Virus record (IMG/VR): IMGVR_UViG_3300033552_000025
Location: 1-39,539 of that record
DNA from: a virus
Direction: 5' to 3' (one strand)
Length of the DNA stretch: 39,539 nucleotides
The position numbers and the translations under genes are program-made. Positions 15,293-24,375 of the stretch are shown in pieces (the first letter of the stretch is position 1; each line of letters opens with the position of its first letter). Under the pieces are notes generated by a model. It saw nothing but the letters and a program-made list of their open reading frames with translations. It was not told the DNA's origin and did no database searches.

Positions 15293-15451
15293 ATGACCAA
15301 GAAACCGGGACCGGCTCAACGCCGCAAGCGCGAGTATTTGGAGGATCGCACGCCAGAAGAAAGCCAGCCCGAGACCGACGCCGAAGCGTTGCGCTCGCTC
15401 GGCTGGTGGCTGATTCCCAATAATGGGGATGAGCCGGAGGTGCAAGAGTAA
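15293..15451 (+). CDS. Hypothetical hydrophilic protein, 52 aa (56 aa if started at 15281)
   Basis: Hand-translated ORF between the two late terminators. It has a weak RBS and no recognised family. Confidence 0.3.
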   Translation: MTKKPGPAQRRKREYLEDRTPEESQPETDAEALRSLGWWLIPNNGDEPEVQE

Positions 15452-15539
15452 CGGTGCTGCTCAGGTGGCCTGTTGAACCCGTAAATCTCGGGCTATATCG
15501 TTACAGATCAATGACTTAAGGTGGCCTGTTCGGTGCTGC
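15452..15539 (+). repeat. Mirrored direct-repeat pair: CGGTGCTGC-tc-AGGTGGCCTGTT ... AGGTGGCCTGTT-CGGTGCTGC
   Basis: Element A is at 15452..15460 and 15531..15539. Element B is at 15463..15474 and 15519..15530. A CCCG/CGGG hairpin lies between the two halves. Confidence 0.85.
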
Positions 15540-15599
15540 GCAACACGCGCAATATTTGCGCTAGTTCCCTCTCTCCCCTGCCGCTACCAAGCGCAGTTC

Positions 15600-15636
15600 G
15601 CCCCGCCCGCATCACTGCGACGGGGCTTTTTTATTT
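15600..15636 (+). terminator. Rho-independent terminator just upstream of the first late gene
   Basis: GCCCCG ... CGGGGC stem followed by TTTTTTATTT. Confidence 0.8.
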
Positions 15637-15652
15637 CTCTGATGGATACTAA

Positions 15653-17419
15653 ATGGCCGATAACATCCTAACCACAGACCGCACCACGGCGAATATCGCT
15701 ATTGCTGCGAAAGATGTGGCCGGTGTTCTGCTGCCCCGCAATATCATCACTGACCCGGCCGGCGCGGACATTACGCCGCTGACTGATGCCGCATTGCGCG
15801 CTGCCCCTGTTCCGGTGAGCGCAATCGCCTTGCCGCTTCCGAGTGGGGCAGCAACTGAAACCACATCGGCCGCAATCCTCGCCAAAATCATCGCCGCTCC
15901 TTCGACCGAAGCAACGCTATCCACGATCAATGGCAAGATTCCCGCAACAGTCGCCGGTTCGCAGCCCGTAACGTTACGCAACGCAGCCGGTACGGGTATC
16001 GCCTCCCTGGCACTGGCAACCACGCTTGAAGGCATTCTTACCTCGGCAGGCGCGACTGATTTCTTCTTCAGCACGGCAAACGCCACGACTGTGCAGCTTG
16101 CCGCATCAGCGACATTCACCGGCACCATCGAAAGCATCATTTCGGCGCAGGCGTGGTCGATCATCCTCACGAGTGACCAACCCGGCACGCTGACGCTTAT
16201 CGAATACATCGATGCAGCCGGTTTGCGTCCGACCTCGACCAAGACGATTGCCGTCGCTGCAAACGTTCCGCTTTCGCGCTGCTACACGGCAAACGGCAAC
16301 TACTTCAAGCTGACCTTCCAGAACACGGGCGCAAGCACGACGACCACGCTCAACATCAATACAGCATTCGGCGTGCTGCCAGCGGTAACGGGCTTGGGCA
16401 ATGGCCCTGTTGCGCTCAATGAGATCAACGGCACGGCGTTCAGCCTTGGGCAAGCTGCATCTGCCCTATCGCTGCCTGTCGCAATTGCAAGCGACACCGC
16501 AAGCGGGTCAATTACCACGCAAAACTTAGCGCCAGCTGGTGTTGCAACGGCTGGTTCGGCTGTCGAAATTACACTTAGCGGCGCGTCTACCCTGTCGATT
16601 CAGACTATGGGAACCTATACGGGTGCGCTAAGCCTTCAGGCTACATTGGACGGTACCACATGGGTAACGATGGGCGGTACGCCGCTTATCAACGTGAATA
16701 CGGGTGGCTACCTCGCATCGATCACATCGGCGCTGCAAAGCGTGTTTCAGGCTGACGTAGCAGGCTTCACCAAAGCACGCATTACCGGGCTGGCTGCTGT
16801 GACTGGCTCGGCCACTGTCACGCTGCGGACCACTGCCGGTGCTGCTGCCATGGTGGCACTCGATAACTCGCTACCAACTGGCGCGAACGTCATCGGTGCT
16901 GTTACCGGCTCAGGCACATTCACCGTTGACACGGAACTGATGGCAGCGGCCAACATTCTTGATGGACTCGCAGCTTCGACCACATCGCGTGTTGGCACCG
17001 ATAGTCTACTGTTCAACGGCACTACGTGGGATCGCGCCCGTGCCAACCTAAACACCACGACCGGCGACACTGGTGCAAAGACAGTCACTGGCAACGGCGC
17101 TACGCAAGTCAACTACAACGCTTCCGGCGCATACATCCTAATCAATATGGGAGTAGTCACCGGCACAACCCCAACGCTTGACGCCAAGGTGCAAGTGTCG
17201 ATGGATACCGGCACAACGTGGGTTGACCTCCCTGGCGCTGCGTTTGTTCAATTCACCGCTACCGGCACGAAGATGCTCGCCATCTACCCTGGCGTCACGG
17301 TTGCAGCCAATACCGCAGTAAGCGCCCCGCTTCCCCGCACCTGGCGCATTGTTTGGACAGTAGGCGGCACGACGCCTAGCTTTACGATCACGAATATCCA
17401 AGTGGCTTACATCGACTGA
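15653..17419 (+). CDS. Large Ala/Thr/Gly-rich, charge-poor protein, 588 aa, with about three beta-sandwich-like repeats (putative fibre or surface protein)
   Basis: Long ORF and first late gene. Related segments recur (LQATLDGTTWVTMGG vs VQVSMDTGTTWVDLPG). No family recognised. Confidence 0.75.
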   Translation: MADNILTTDRTTANIAIAAKDVAGVLLPRNIITDPAGADITPLTDAALRAAPVPVSAIALPLPSGAATETTSAAILAKIIAAPSTEATLSTINGKIPATVAGSQPVTLRNAAGTGIASLALATTLEGILTSAGATDFFFSTANATTVQLAASATFTGTIESIISAQAWSIILTSDQPGTLTLIEYIDAAGLRPTSTKTIAVAANVPLSRCYTANGNYFKLTFQNTGASTTTTLNINTAFGVLPAVTGLGNGPVALNEINGTAFSLGQAASALSLPVAIASDTASGSITTQNLAPAGVATAGSAVEITLSGASTLSIQTMGTYTGALSLQATLDGTTWVTMGGTPLINVNTGGYLASITSALQSVFQADVAGFTKARITGLAAVTGSATVTLRTTAGAAAMVALDNSLPTGANVIGAVTGSGTFTVDTELMAAANILDGLAASTTSRVGTDSLLFNGTTWDRARANLNTTTGDTGAKTVTGNGATQVNYNASGAYILINMGVVTGTTPTLDAKVQVSMDTGTTWVDLPGAAFVQFTATGTKMLAIYPGVTVAANTAVSAPLPRTWRIVWTVGGTTPSFTITNIQVAYID

Positions 17420-17682
17420 TGATTGCGCACCTCTACACCCTCCTGCTGAAAGCGGCAGGAGTCGTCACGCCCGCACCGCCAGCGCCTGACGAATGCAGCG
17501 CAACGATCATGCGCGAATCGATCATCAACACCGAAGTGACCGCCCTACTCGACCGCATAGCATCGCAGGCCGGGACGATGAGCGACACCTTGAACAGCAC
17601 CACGATCATGCGGGCCAATGCGGTCAACTCCACCGGCACCATGCGCGCCGACGAAATCAACCAGACTGCGGACCTACTATGA
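17419..17682 (+). CDS. Hypothetical protein, 87 aa, with TIMR..N repeats
   Basis: TGATG coupling to the upstream gene. Confidence 0.5.
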   Translation: MIAHLYTLLLKAAGVVTPAPPAPDECSATIMRESIINTEVTALLDRIASQAGTMSDTLNSTTIMRANAVNSTGTMRADEINQTADLL

Positions 17683-17990
17683 ACGTTGTCGAATACGGCA
17701 TTGCCCATAACCTGAACGTGAACTACAACATTTCCGCGTTCACGAGCCTGAGCCTTGTCTACACGCGCTTTGATGGCACCCAGTTCACGCGCACAAATGG
17801 TGATGTGACCGTGCCAGCCGTCCCGCTCGTGACAACCGATATGGGTACGTTCGCGGCCAACCAGTATGCCAAGTACATCTTCAAGGCTGGCGACCTGACC
17901 ATTGCAGGCACGTACACCGTGCGTCTGACCTACACCGACGCAAGCAAGCGCCTGGTGAGCGATCAGACTAGCTTTGTGGTGAGTGAGTAA
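17679..17990 (+). CDS. Hypothetical beta-rich protein, 103 aa
   Basis: Internal ATG of the track ORF with ATGA coupling. Confidence 0.55.
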   Translation: MNVVEYGIAHNLNVNYNISAFTSLSLVYTRFDGTQFTRTNGDVTVPAVPLVTTDMGTFAANQYAKYIFKAGDLTIAGTYTVRLTYTDASKRLVSDQTSFVVSE

Positions 17991-18463
17991 TGAGCGGAGT
18001 GACGCAATACAGCCAAGAGGTGGCCGCATCGATATGTGAACGACTGGCTAATGGCGAAAGCCTGCGCACGATCTGCTGTGATGTGGAGATGCCAGCGCAA
18101 TCCACCGTGTTCAAGTGGCTGAGCGAGCAAGCCGCGTTCTCGGAGCAATACACGCGCGCACGTGAGGCTCAAGCCGACTTTATGGCAGACGAGATTCTTG
18201 CGATTGCTGATGACGGGCTGAATGACACGTACGTCGATGAAGACGGCAGGAAGCGTACCGATCAGGACGTTATTGCCCGCTCTCGTCTGCGTGTTGATGC
18301 GCGCAAGTGGCTCGCTTCCAAGATGGCCCCAAAGAAGTACGGCGACAAGGTGCAAACGGAAGTCTCGGGCGGCTTGACCGTCAATTCAGTGAAAGAATTA
18401 ACCAATGAGCAACTGGCTACCATCGCCGCAGGAGGCAGCATCCGAGCTGCTGGCCCGGCGTAA
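17990..18463 (+). CDS. terS: Terminase small subunit, 157 aa
   Basis: The pattern YSQEVAASICERLANGESLRTIC...STVFKWL...F.EQYTRAREAQADFMADEILAIAD is typical of this TerS family. The gene is directly upstream of TerL. Confidence 0.8.
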   Translation: MSGVTQYSQEVAASICERLANGESLRTICCDVEMPAQSTVFKWLSEQAAFSEQYTRAREAQADFMADEILAIADDGLNDTYVDEDGRKRTDQDVIARSRLRVDARKWLASKMAPKKYGDKVQTEVSGGLTVNSVKELTNEQLATIAAGGSIRAAGPA

Positions 18464-19886
18464 AGCTAGTGAATCGCTGATCGACTTCACGACTTACACG
18501 AAGCCGGAGTTCCAAGTTGGGCAGCATCACCAGCAGATAGCAGAGGCGCTTGAGTCAGTTGAGCGCGGTGAGTGTGATCGGCTGATGATCTTTGCGCCGC
18601 CCCGACACACGAAGTCAGAGTTGGGGTCAAGGCGGTTCCCGGCGTGGTATCTCGGGCGACACCCTGACCACCAGATGATTTGCGCCACCTACTCGGGCGA
18701 TTTCGCGCTCGACTTCGGGCGCGATGTGCGGGGGATAGTGGGAAGTGAGGAATACGCCAATGTGTTCCCGGATGTGTCGCTGGCTGCTGACTCACGCGCT
18801 GGCAACCGCTGGCACACGAACAAGGGCGGCATATCAGTGTATGTGGGTGTTGGCGGGCCAATCACTGGCCGTGGCGCACACGTGGCGCTGATCGATGACC
18901 CGTTTAAGAATCGCCAAGAGGCAGACAGCGAGGCACGGCGCGAAATGGTGTGGAAGTGGTACACCTCGACGCTGCGCACGCGCTTGATGCCCGGTGGCGC
19001 GATTGTGCTGATTCTGACGCGTTGGCATGAGGACGACTTGGCCGGGCGACTGCTGGCGAAGAATGCAGGCGAGTGGAAGGTAGTTAATCTGCCCGCCGTC
19101 GCCAACGAAGGCACTAAGCACGAGCGCGCACTTTGGCCGGCATGGTATCCGCTGGACTCGCTCAAGCGCATCAAGGCTGACGTTGGGCCGCGTGACTGGT
19201 CTGCGCTGTACCAGCAGGAGCCAGCGCCGGCAGAAGGCACGTTCTTCAAGCGCGAATGGTTCCGCAGGTTCCGCAAGGGCGACGAGCCGAAGCACGTTCA
19301 CAAGTACATGACAAGCGATCACGCGCCAGCCGGAGGCGATGAGAGCGACTTTAACTGTGTGCGCGTCTGGGGCGTTGATCACGTCGGTGACCTGTACATG
19401 CTTGACGGATTCCGGGCGCAAGAGACGCTGGACCAAGTGGCTGACAAGGTTGTAGGCGACAAGAAGGAAAAGAAGATCGGGCTGATTCAGCGGCATAAGC
19501 CGATGTGCTGGTTCCCCGAGGACGACAACAATTGGAAGGCAATCGCCGGTTTCGTTACTCGCATGATGCGCGAACAGAGTGTCTATTGCCGTGTTGAGCC
19601 GATATCGCCACATGGCAGCGACAAGCCAACCAAAGCGCAGCCGTTCCAAGCTATGGCGTCAATGGGGCGCGTCTGGATACCCGAGGGGCCAGAAGGCGAT
19701 GACGTGATTGAGCAATACCTAAAGTTCCCTGTTGGCAAGAATGACGACGAGGTAGACGCAGCCGCAGTAATGGGGCGCGCACTGGATATGGCGCACCCGG
19801 CAATCCTGCCAATAGTTGAGCAGAAAAAGCCGCGTGACATTTACGCGATGGACGACGAAGAAGAGGAATCATGGCGGACTATTTGA
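18405..19886 (+). CDS. terL: Terminase large subunit, 493 aa
   Basis: ATPase motifs (FAPPRHTKSE, ALIDDPF) and nuclease-domain acidic motifs (NDDEVDA). Position is conserved. Confidence 0.92.
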   Translation: MSNWLPSPQEAASELLARRKASESLIDFTTYTKPEFQVGQHHQQIAEALESVERGECDRLMIFAPPRHTKSELGSRRFPAWYLGRHPDHQMICATYSGDFALDFGRDVRGIVGSEEYANVFPDVSLAADSRAGNRWHTNKGGISVYVGVGGPITGRGAHVALIDDPFKNRQEADSEARREMVWKWYTSTLRTRLMPGGAIVLILTRWHEDDLAGRLLAKNAGEWKVVNLPAVANEGTKHERALWPAWYPLDSLKRIKADVGPRDWSALYQQEPAPAEGTFFKREWFRRFRKGDEPKHVHKYMTSDHAPAGGDESDFNCVRVWGVDHVGDLYMLDGFRAQETLDQVADKVVGDKKEKKIGLIQRHKPMCWFPEDDNNWKAIAGFVTRMMREQSVYCRVEPISPHGSDKPTKAQPFQAMASMGRVWIPEGPEGDDVIEQYLKFPVGKNDDEVDAAAVMGRALDMAHPAILPIVEQKKPRDIYAMDDEEEESWRTI

Positions 19887-21961
19887 AAGAAAGCGACGGC
19901 GACAAGCTTACGCGCCTGGTGGGCTATTTCGAGTCCGCCGAGATGGCGACAGTAGAGTCACGCGCGCTTGCTGAGAAGTCCCGCGATTACTACGATGGCG
20001 ACCAATGGACCGCAGTCGAGCGCGAAGCGCTGAAGAAGCGCAAGCAGCCATGCACGACCATTAACCGCATCAAGCCGAAAGTTGATTTCCTGCTCGGCAT
20101 GGAGACGCAGCGCCGCAGCCTGCCGAAAGCCTACGCCCGCACGCCAAAGCACGAGGACGATGCCCAGGCAGCAAGCGATGCGCTTCGCTATGTGTCGGAA
20201 GATCAGCAACTTGAGGTGATCGGATCCAAGGGCTTTGAAAACCTATGCATCGAGGGCGTGTGCGGGGTCGATGTGGCTGTGGTCGAATCGAATGGCAAAA
20301 AGAACATCGTACTGAATGGCATGGAGTGGGACCGTCTGTTTTGGGATGCTCATAGCCGCAAGCGTGATTTCTCGGACGCGAAGTATAAGGGCCAAGTCGT
20401 CTGGATGGACTATGACGACGCGGTAGGCAAGTTCAAAGGCAAAGAGGGCGTGCTCTCGTCTACCTTGTCCAGTGAATCGCAAATGTCCGAGACACACGGA
20501 GATGTGCCGCGCATCCGGTGGGCTGATCCGAAGCGCAAGCGCGTCCGCGTGGTCGAAATCTGGCACAAAGACGGCGCCATGTGGCATCACTGCCAGTTCA
20601 CCAAAGGCGGCGTACTGTCGGCCATGGAATCGCCATACAAGAACGACGAGGACGAGTCTGTACCGGGCTTCATCTTCGGTTCAGCGTTCATTGACCGCGA
20701 CGGCAACCGCTACGGCGTGGTCAAGAACTGGATTGACATCCAGGACGAAATCAACAAGCGCCGCTCCAAGGCGCAACACCTGCTATCCGTTCGTCAAGTC
20801 AAGTATGAGCGCGGCGCAGTCGCTGACGCACGTAAGATGCAACAGGAGCTAGCCAAGCCTGACGGCGCAATCGAAGTTATGCCTGGCATGATGTTCGAAA
20901 CGCTCGACACCGGCGATATGGCAGCATCACAGTTCAGCCTACTCCAAGAGGCAAAGCAAGAAATCGACAGCGTAGGCGTGAATGCTGCGCTGGCCGGCAC
21001 CGATCAGCGGCAAATGTCGGGCCGTGCGCTGATTGCCCGCCAAGAGTCCGGCCTCTCCGAGCTTGGCCCACTGTTCGACGCCTATAAGCAATGGAAGCTG
21101 GATATCTACCGCGCCGCCTGGAGCCGCATTCAGCAGTTTTGGGATGAAGAAAAGTGGGTGCGTGTCACTGACGACGAAAAGAATGTCCGCTTCGTCGGCT
21201 TGAATCAGCCTGTCACGCTTGGGCAGCAGTTGATCGAGGAAGCGCAGTCGCAGGGCGTGGAAATCACACCTGATATGCAGGCGCAGGCCGAGCGCGACCC
21301 GTCCATGCAGCAGCGCGTAGCCATCAAGAACAACGTGGCCGAGCTGGACGTTGACATTGTGCTTGACGATACGCCCGCCTCCGCATCAGTGCAGGCAGAA
21401 CAGTTTGAAACGCTCGCCGGTTTGGCTAAGGCTGGCATCCAGATTCCACCGACCGCGATCATCAAGGCATCGAGCCTGCGCAACAAGGACGAGATATTGA
21501 AAGAAATGGGCGCTGGTGGCCCGTCGCCTGAATCGCAGCAGGCGCAGCAGCAGATTCAAGAGCTGCAAGGCCAATTGCAGTCGCTCGGCGAGAGTTTCGA
21601 CAAGCTGGAAGCGGGCGAGGCCGCAGCAGCAGAAGAGCGCCGCATCAAAGCGTACGACTCAACAACTAACCGACTCAAGGTGTTGGCCCCATTCCTCACG
21701 CCGACAATGGCATTGCAGCTTGCTCAAAACATTGGTCTTGACCTGAGTAACGATCCTGACCTAAGCCAGATGGGGATGCAGCCCGACCCTGGCGGCGAAC
21801 CACCCCCGGGACAGGATATGCCAGCCGAAGCGCAAGAGCAGCCACCCGAGATGATGGGCGAACCACCGCCCGAAGAAATGATGATGCAACCAGAACAGCC
21901 CGCCGATGCGGGTTTTTTTACGCCTGAAGAGGCTCCACCAACCGAAGCACCAGCCATCTAA
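19871..21961 (+). CDS. Portal protein, 696 aa, with an acidic/Pro-rich C-terminal tail
   Basis: N-terminal pattern SRDYYDGDQWT..E...L..RKQP..TINRI.PKVD, plus size and position after TerL. Confidence 0.9.
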   Translation: MADYLKESDGDKLTRLVGYFESAEMATVESRALAEKSRDYYDGDQWTAVEREALKKRKQPCTTINRIKPKVDFLLGMETQRRSLPKAYARTPKHEDDAQAASDALRYVSEDQQLEVIGSKGFENLCIEGVCGVDVAVVESNGKKNIVLNGMEWDRLFWDAHSRKRDFSDAKYKGQVVWMDYDDAVGKFKGKEGVLSSTLSSESQMSETHGDVPRIRWADPKRKRVRVVEIWHKDGAMWHHCQFTKGGVLSAMESPYKNDEDESVPGFIFGSAFIDRDGNRYGVVKNWIDIQDEINKRRSKAQHLLSVRQVKYERGAVADARKMQQELAKPDGAIEVMPGMMFETLDTGDMAASQFSLLQEAKQEIDSVGVNAALAGTDQRQMSGRALIARQESGLSELGPLFDAYKQWKLDIYRAAWSRIQQFWDEEKWVRVTDDEKNVRFVGLNQPVTLGQQLIEEAQSQGVEITPDMQAQAERDPSMQQRVAIKNNVAELDVDIVLDDTPASASVQAEQFETLAGLAKAGIQIPPTAIIKASSLRNKDEILKEMGAGGPSPESQQAQQQIQELQGQLQSLGESFDKLEAGEAAAAEERRIKAYDSTTNRLKVLAPFLTPTMALQLAQNIGLDLSNDPDLSQMGMQPDPGGEPPPGQDMPAEAQEQPPEMMGEPPPEEMMMQPEQPADAGFFTPEEAPPTEAPAI

Positions 21962-22056
21962 GTGACCGGCCCGAATGGGCTGATTGCTGCCTGCCGCCGA
22001 GGATTCGGGCGTGTTTTACGTGCCGCCGACGTATGGGCGTTTTAGGAGAAATAGCA

Positions 22057-22791
22057 ATGGACGATAACGCAACTGATTTGGGCAACATGCTAAACGACAG
22101 CGCCCCGAGCGTGCCGGAAGTGATCGACGCGCCGGAAGTGACTGACAAGGGCGAACAACAACAGGCTGAGCCGCCAGCAGCCAAGCAAGAACCCGATCTA
22201 GTGCCGCGCGCCGCCCTTATGGACGAGCGCCGCAAGCGTCAGGAATTGGAGCAATGGGTTCAGCAGAACAAGCCGGCAGAAGCTAAGCCGACCGCTGATC
22301 AGTTTGAAAGCAATGAAGCCTATCTTGAAGCACTTGCCGAGCGTAAAGCCGATGAGCGATTCAACGCATGGCAGCAGAAGCAACAAGCCGAGCAGCAGCA
22401 GCAGGCAGTAGCAAAGCAAACCACCGATGACCTCGCCGGGCTGCACTCTGCCGGTGCGGCCAAGTATGCCGACTTCGCCAATCTGGTCAACAACCCGGAT
22501 TTGCCGATGACGGAGACGATGGTCAACGCAATGCTCGTGGTCGATTCCGGCCACGAAATCGCCTACCACCTCGCCAAGAACCCGGCAGACGCCCTGCGCA
22601 TCGCCAACCTCGCCCCCACAGCGCAAGCGCGCGAAATGGGGCAACTGGCTAAGCGCCTGGCCGCACCACCTCCTGCATCGACATTGCCAGCAACCCTCAC
22701 CAACACCCGTTCGACGGACGGTCGTTTTACCAATGCGCAAGCTTGGGACGGCCCTTCGCCACTTAATGACATTCTCGGAAAGCGAAACTAA
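22057..22791 (+). CDS. Scaffolding protein (putative), 244 aa
   Basis: AGGAGA RBS, a Gln/Ala/Glu-rich helical protein, located between portal and capsid. Confidence 0.6.
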   Translation: MDDNATDLGNMLNDSAPSVPEVIDAPEVTDKGEQQQAEPPAAKQEPDLVPRAALMDERRKRQELEQWVQQNKPAEAKPTADQFESNEAYLEALAERKADERFNAWQQKQQAEQQQQAVAKQTTDDLAGLHSAGAAKYADFANLVNNPDLPMTETMVNAMLVVDSGHEIAYHLAKNPADALRIANLAPTAQAREMGQLAKRLAAPPPASTLPATLTNTRSTDGRFTNAQAWDGPSPLNDILGKRN

Positions 22792-22794
22792 ATC

Positions 22795-23901
22795 ATGGCT
22801 CTGACCACTGCACAACCAGGCTTGACCCCCAATCAATGGGACGACAAGTTCTTCACGGATTACGTCCGCGAATCCCGCTTCAAGAAGTACATGGGCACCG
22901 ATGAAAACAGCATCATCCAACTCAAGGAAGACCTGACCAAAAAGAAGGGCGACCGCATCACTATCGCCCTGGTCAACGAGCTGAAAGGCGCAGGCGTCAC
23001 CGGCAATGCAACGCTGGAAGGCAACGAGGAAGCACTCGGTAGCCGTTCGCACCAGATCGCCGTAGCACCACTGCGTCACGCTGTCGCCATCACCGAATGG
23101 GACGAGCAAAAGTCGGTCATCGACCTGCGCAACGCAGCCAAGACGATGCTGAAGATGTGGGCAATGACCAAGATGCGCGACGCCATCATTGGCGCGCTCG
23201 CCTCGATCAACGGTGTTGCTTACGCAACCTCGACCGCTGCACAGCGCAACGAGTGGCTGGCCGACAACGCCGACCGCGTGCTGTTCGGTGCTGCCAAGTC
23301 CAACAACGCGGGCAACGTGCATGCTACGTCGCTGGCGAACGTGGACAACACCGCTGACAAGCTGACCCCGGCTGCTATCTCGCTGCTGAAGCGCATGGCC
23401 CAAACCGCATCGCCAAAGATTCGTCCAATCCGCTTGTCGGAAGATGAAGAGTGGTACGTGATGTTTGCCGGCCCACGTGCGTTCCGTGACCTGGCAAACA
23501 ACACCGTCATGCAGCAGGCTAACCGCGACGCCCGCACTCGCGGCACCGATAACCCGCTGTTCACTGGTGGCGCGTTGATTTGGGATGGCGTCATCATCCG
23601 CGAAATCCCGGAAATAGGCGTGTTGACCGCTGTTGGTAACGACCCAGACGGCGCTGGTGCAGCCCTGGCTATCGACGTTGAACCGGCCTACCTGTGCGGC
23701 GCTCAAGCTTTGGGCATCGCATGGGCGCAACGTACGAAGTCCAAGACCGATGTACGCGACTACGAGTTCATTCATGGCGTTGCTATGTCGGAAATCCGTG
23801 GTGTGGACAAACTGACCTTCGGCACGGGCGTTGCTGATCTGGACGACCAGAAGGACAACGGCGTAGCTACTGGCTACTTCGCGGCAGTTGCCGACGCGTA
23901 A
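22795..23901 (+). CDS. Major capsid protein (N4/epsilon15-type, DUF4043-like), 368 aa
   Basis: The pattern W.DKFF.DY..ES.F.KYMG...NSIIQ....TKKKGD.IT..LV..L.G.GV.GN..LEGNEE.L is characteristic of this family. Confidence 0.88.
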   Translation: MALTTAQPGLTPNQWDDKFFTDYVRESRFKKYMGTDENSIIQLKEDLTKKKGDRITIALVNELKGAGVTGNATLEGNEEALGSRSHQIAVAPLRHAVAITEWDEQKSVIDLRNAAKTMLKMWAMTKMRDAIIGALASINGVAYATSTAAQRNEWLADNADRVLFGAAKSNNAGNVHATSLANVDNTADKLTPAAISLLKRMAQTASPKIRPIRLSEDEEWYVMFAGPRAFRDLANNTVMQQANRDARTRGTDNPLFTGGALIWDGVIIREIPEIGVLTAVGNDPDGAGAALAIDVEPAYLCGAQALGIAWAQRTKSKTDVRDYEFIHGVAMSEIRGVDKLTFGTGVADLDDQKDNGVATGYFAAVADA

Positions 23902-24122
23902 TGCGTGAGTTCACCTATTTAGGTGACGTGGAGGTGACCCTTTACGGGGTCACTTTTTCGCCTAACTCCCCTACTCCTGTGCCCGATGAGAAAACCACGC
24001 TTATCGGCAAATTAACCGGCAATCGATACTTCAAGGAACACCATGGCGACCAAGAGCGAGCTAGCGTTGCGCCTGCTGAAGAAATTGGGCGTCGTCGGCG
24101 CGGGCCAAACCGCAAGGGCTGA
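23901..24122 (+). CDS. Hypothetical protein, 73 aa (3' end overlaps the next gene by 80 nt)
   Basis: TAATG coupling to the capsid gene. The true 3' end is uncertain. Confidence 0.4.
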   Translation: MREFTYLGDVEVTLYGVTFSPNSPTPVPDEKTTLIGKLTGNRYFKEHHGDQERASVAPAEEIGRRRRGPNRKG

Positions 24123-24375
24123 TGATCAAGAGCTTGCTGAGGAAAAGATAGCAGCGGTGCATGACGCCCTGGTATCGTTCGGCAAACCGCGTTGGACCCT
24201 TGCTGCCGTACCTGAATACGCTGCCGAGGGCTATACCTTGATGGCTACCGTGCTTGCCGCTCCTGAGTTTGGCGCTCCTGTTGATGGTGGAGCATGGACT
24301 GCTGGTCTGCGCATGGTGTCTGCGGGCGCGGCTCTCGGCCCGTCATCCGACCCAATCACCTCGGAATACTTCTGA
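24043..24375 (+). CDS. Head-associated structural protein, 110 aa (decoration or connector candidate)
   Basis: AAGGA RBS. The call rests on position after the capsid gene only. Confidence 0.55.
   Translation: MATKSELALRLLKKLGVVGAGQTARADDQELAEEKIAAVHDALVSFGKPRWTLAAVPEYAAEGYTLMATVLAAPEFGAPVDGGAWTAGLRMVSAGAALGPSSDPITSEYF

Noticed and set aside
15402-15409. E. coli-type Chi sites (GCTGGTGG at about 15402 and about 21512).
   Set aside because: Two occurrences in about 39 kb are within chance. The GC-rich host is unlikely to use the E. coli Chi sequence.
21969-22010. Terminator between the portal and scaffold genes (8-bp stem GCCCGAAT/ATTCGGGC).
   Set aside because: The loop is 26 nt and the downstream tract (GTGTTTTACG) is a poor U-run. 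It may modulate expression but does not meet my criteria for an intrinsic terminator.
22198-23775. Very long antisense ORFs opposite well-supported genes. Examples are 22198..23775 (-) at 525 aa, 25462..26754 (-) at 430 aa, 11333..12568 (-) at 411 aa, 18834..19649 (-) and 30690..31448 (-).
   Set aside because: These are typical shadow ORFs of GC-rich coding DNA. Their translations are Arg/Gly/Ala/His-rich low-complexity strings with no motifs. The opposite strand encodes clearly recognisable capsid, tail, DnaB, TerL and virion proteins.
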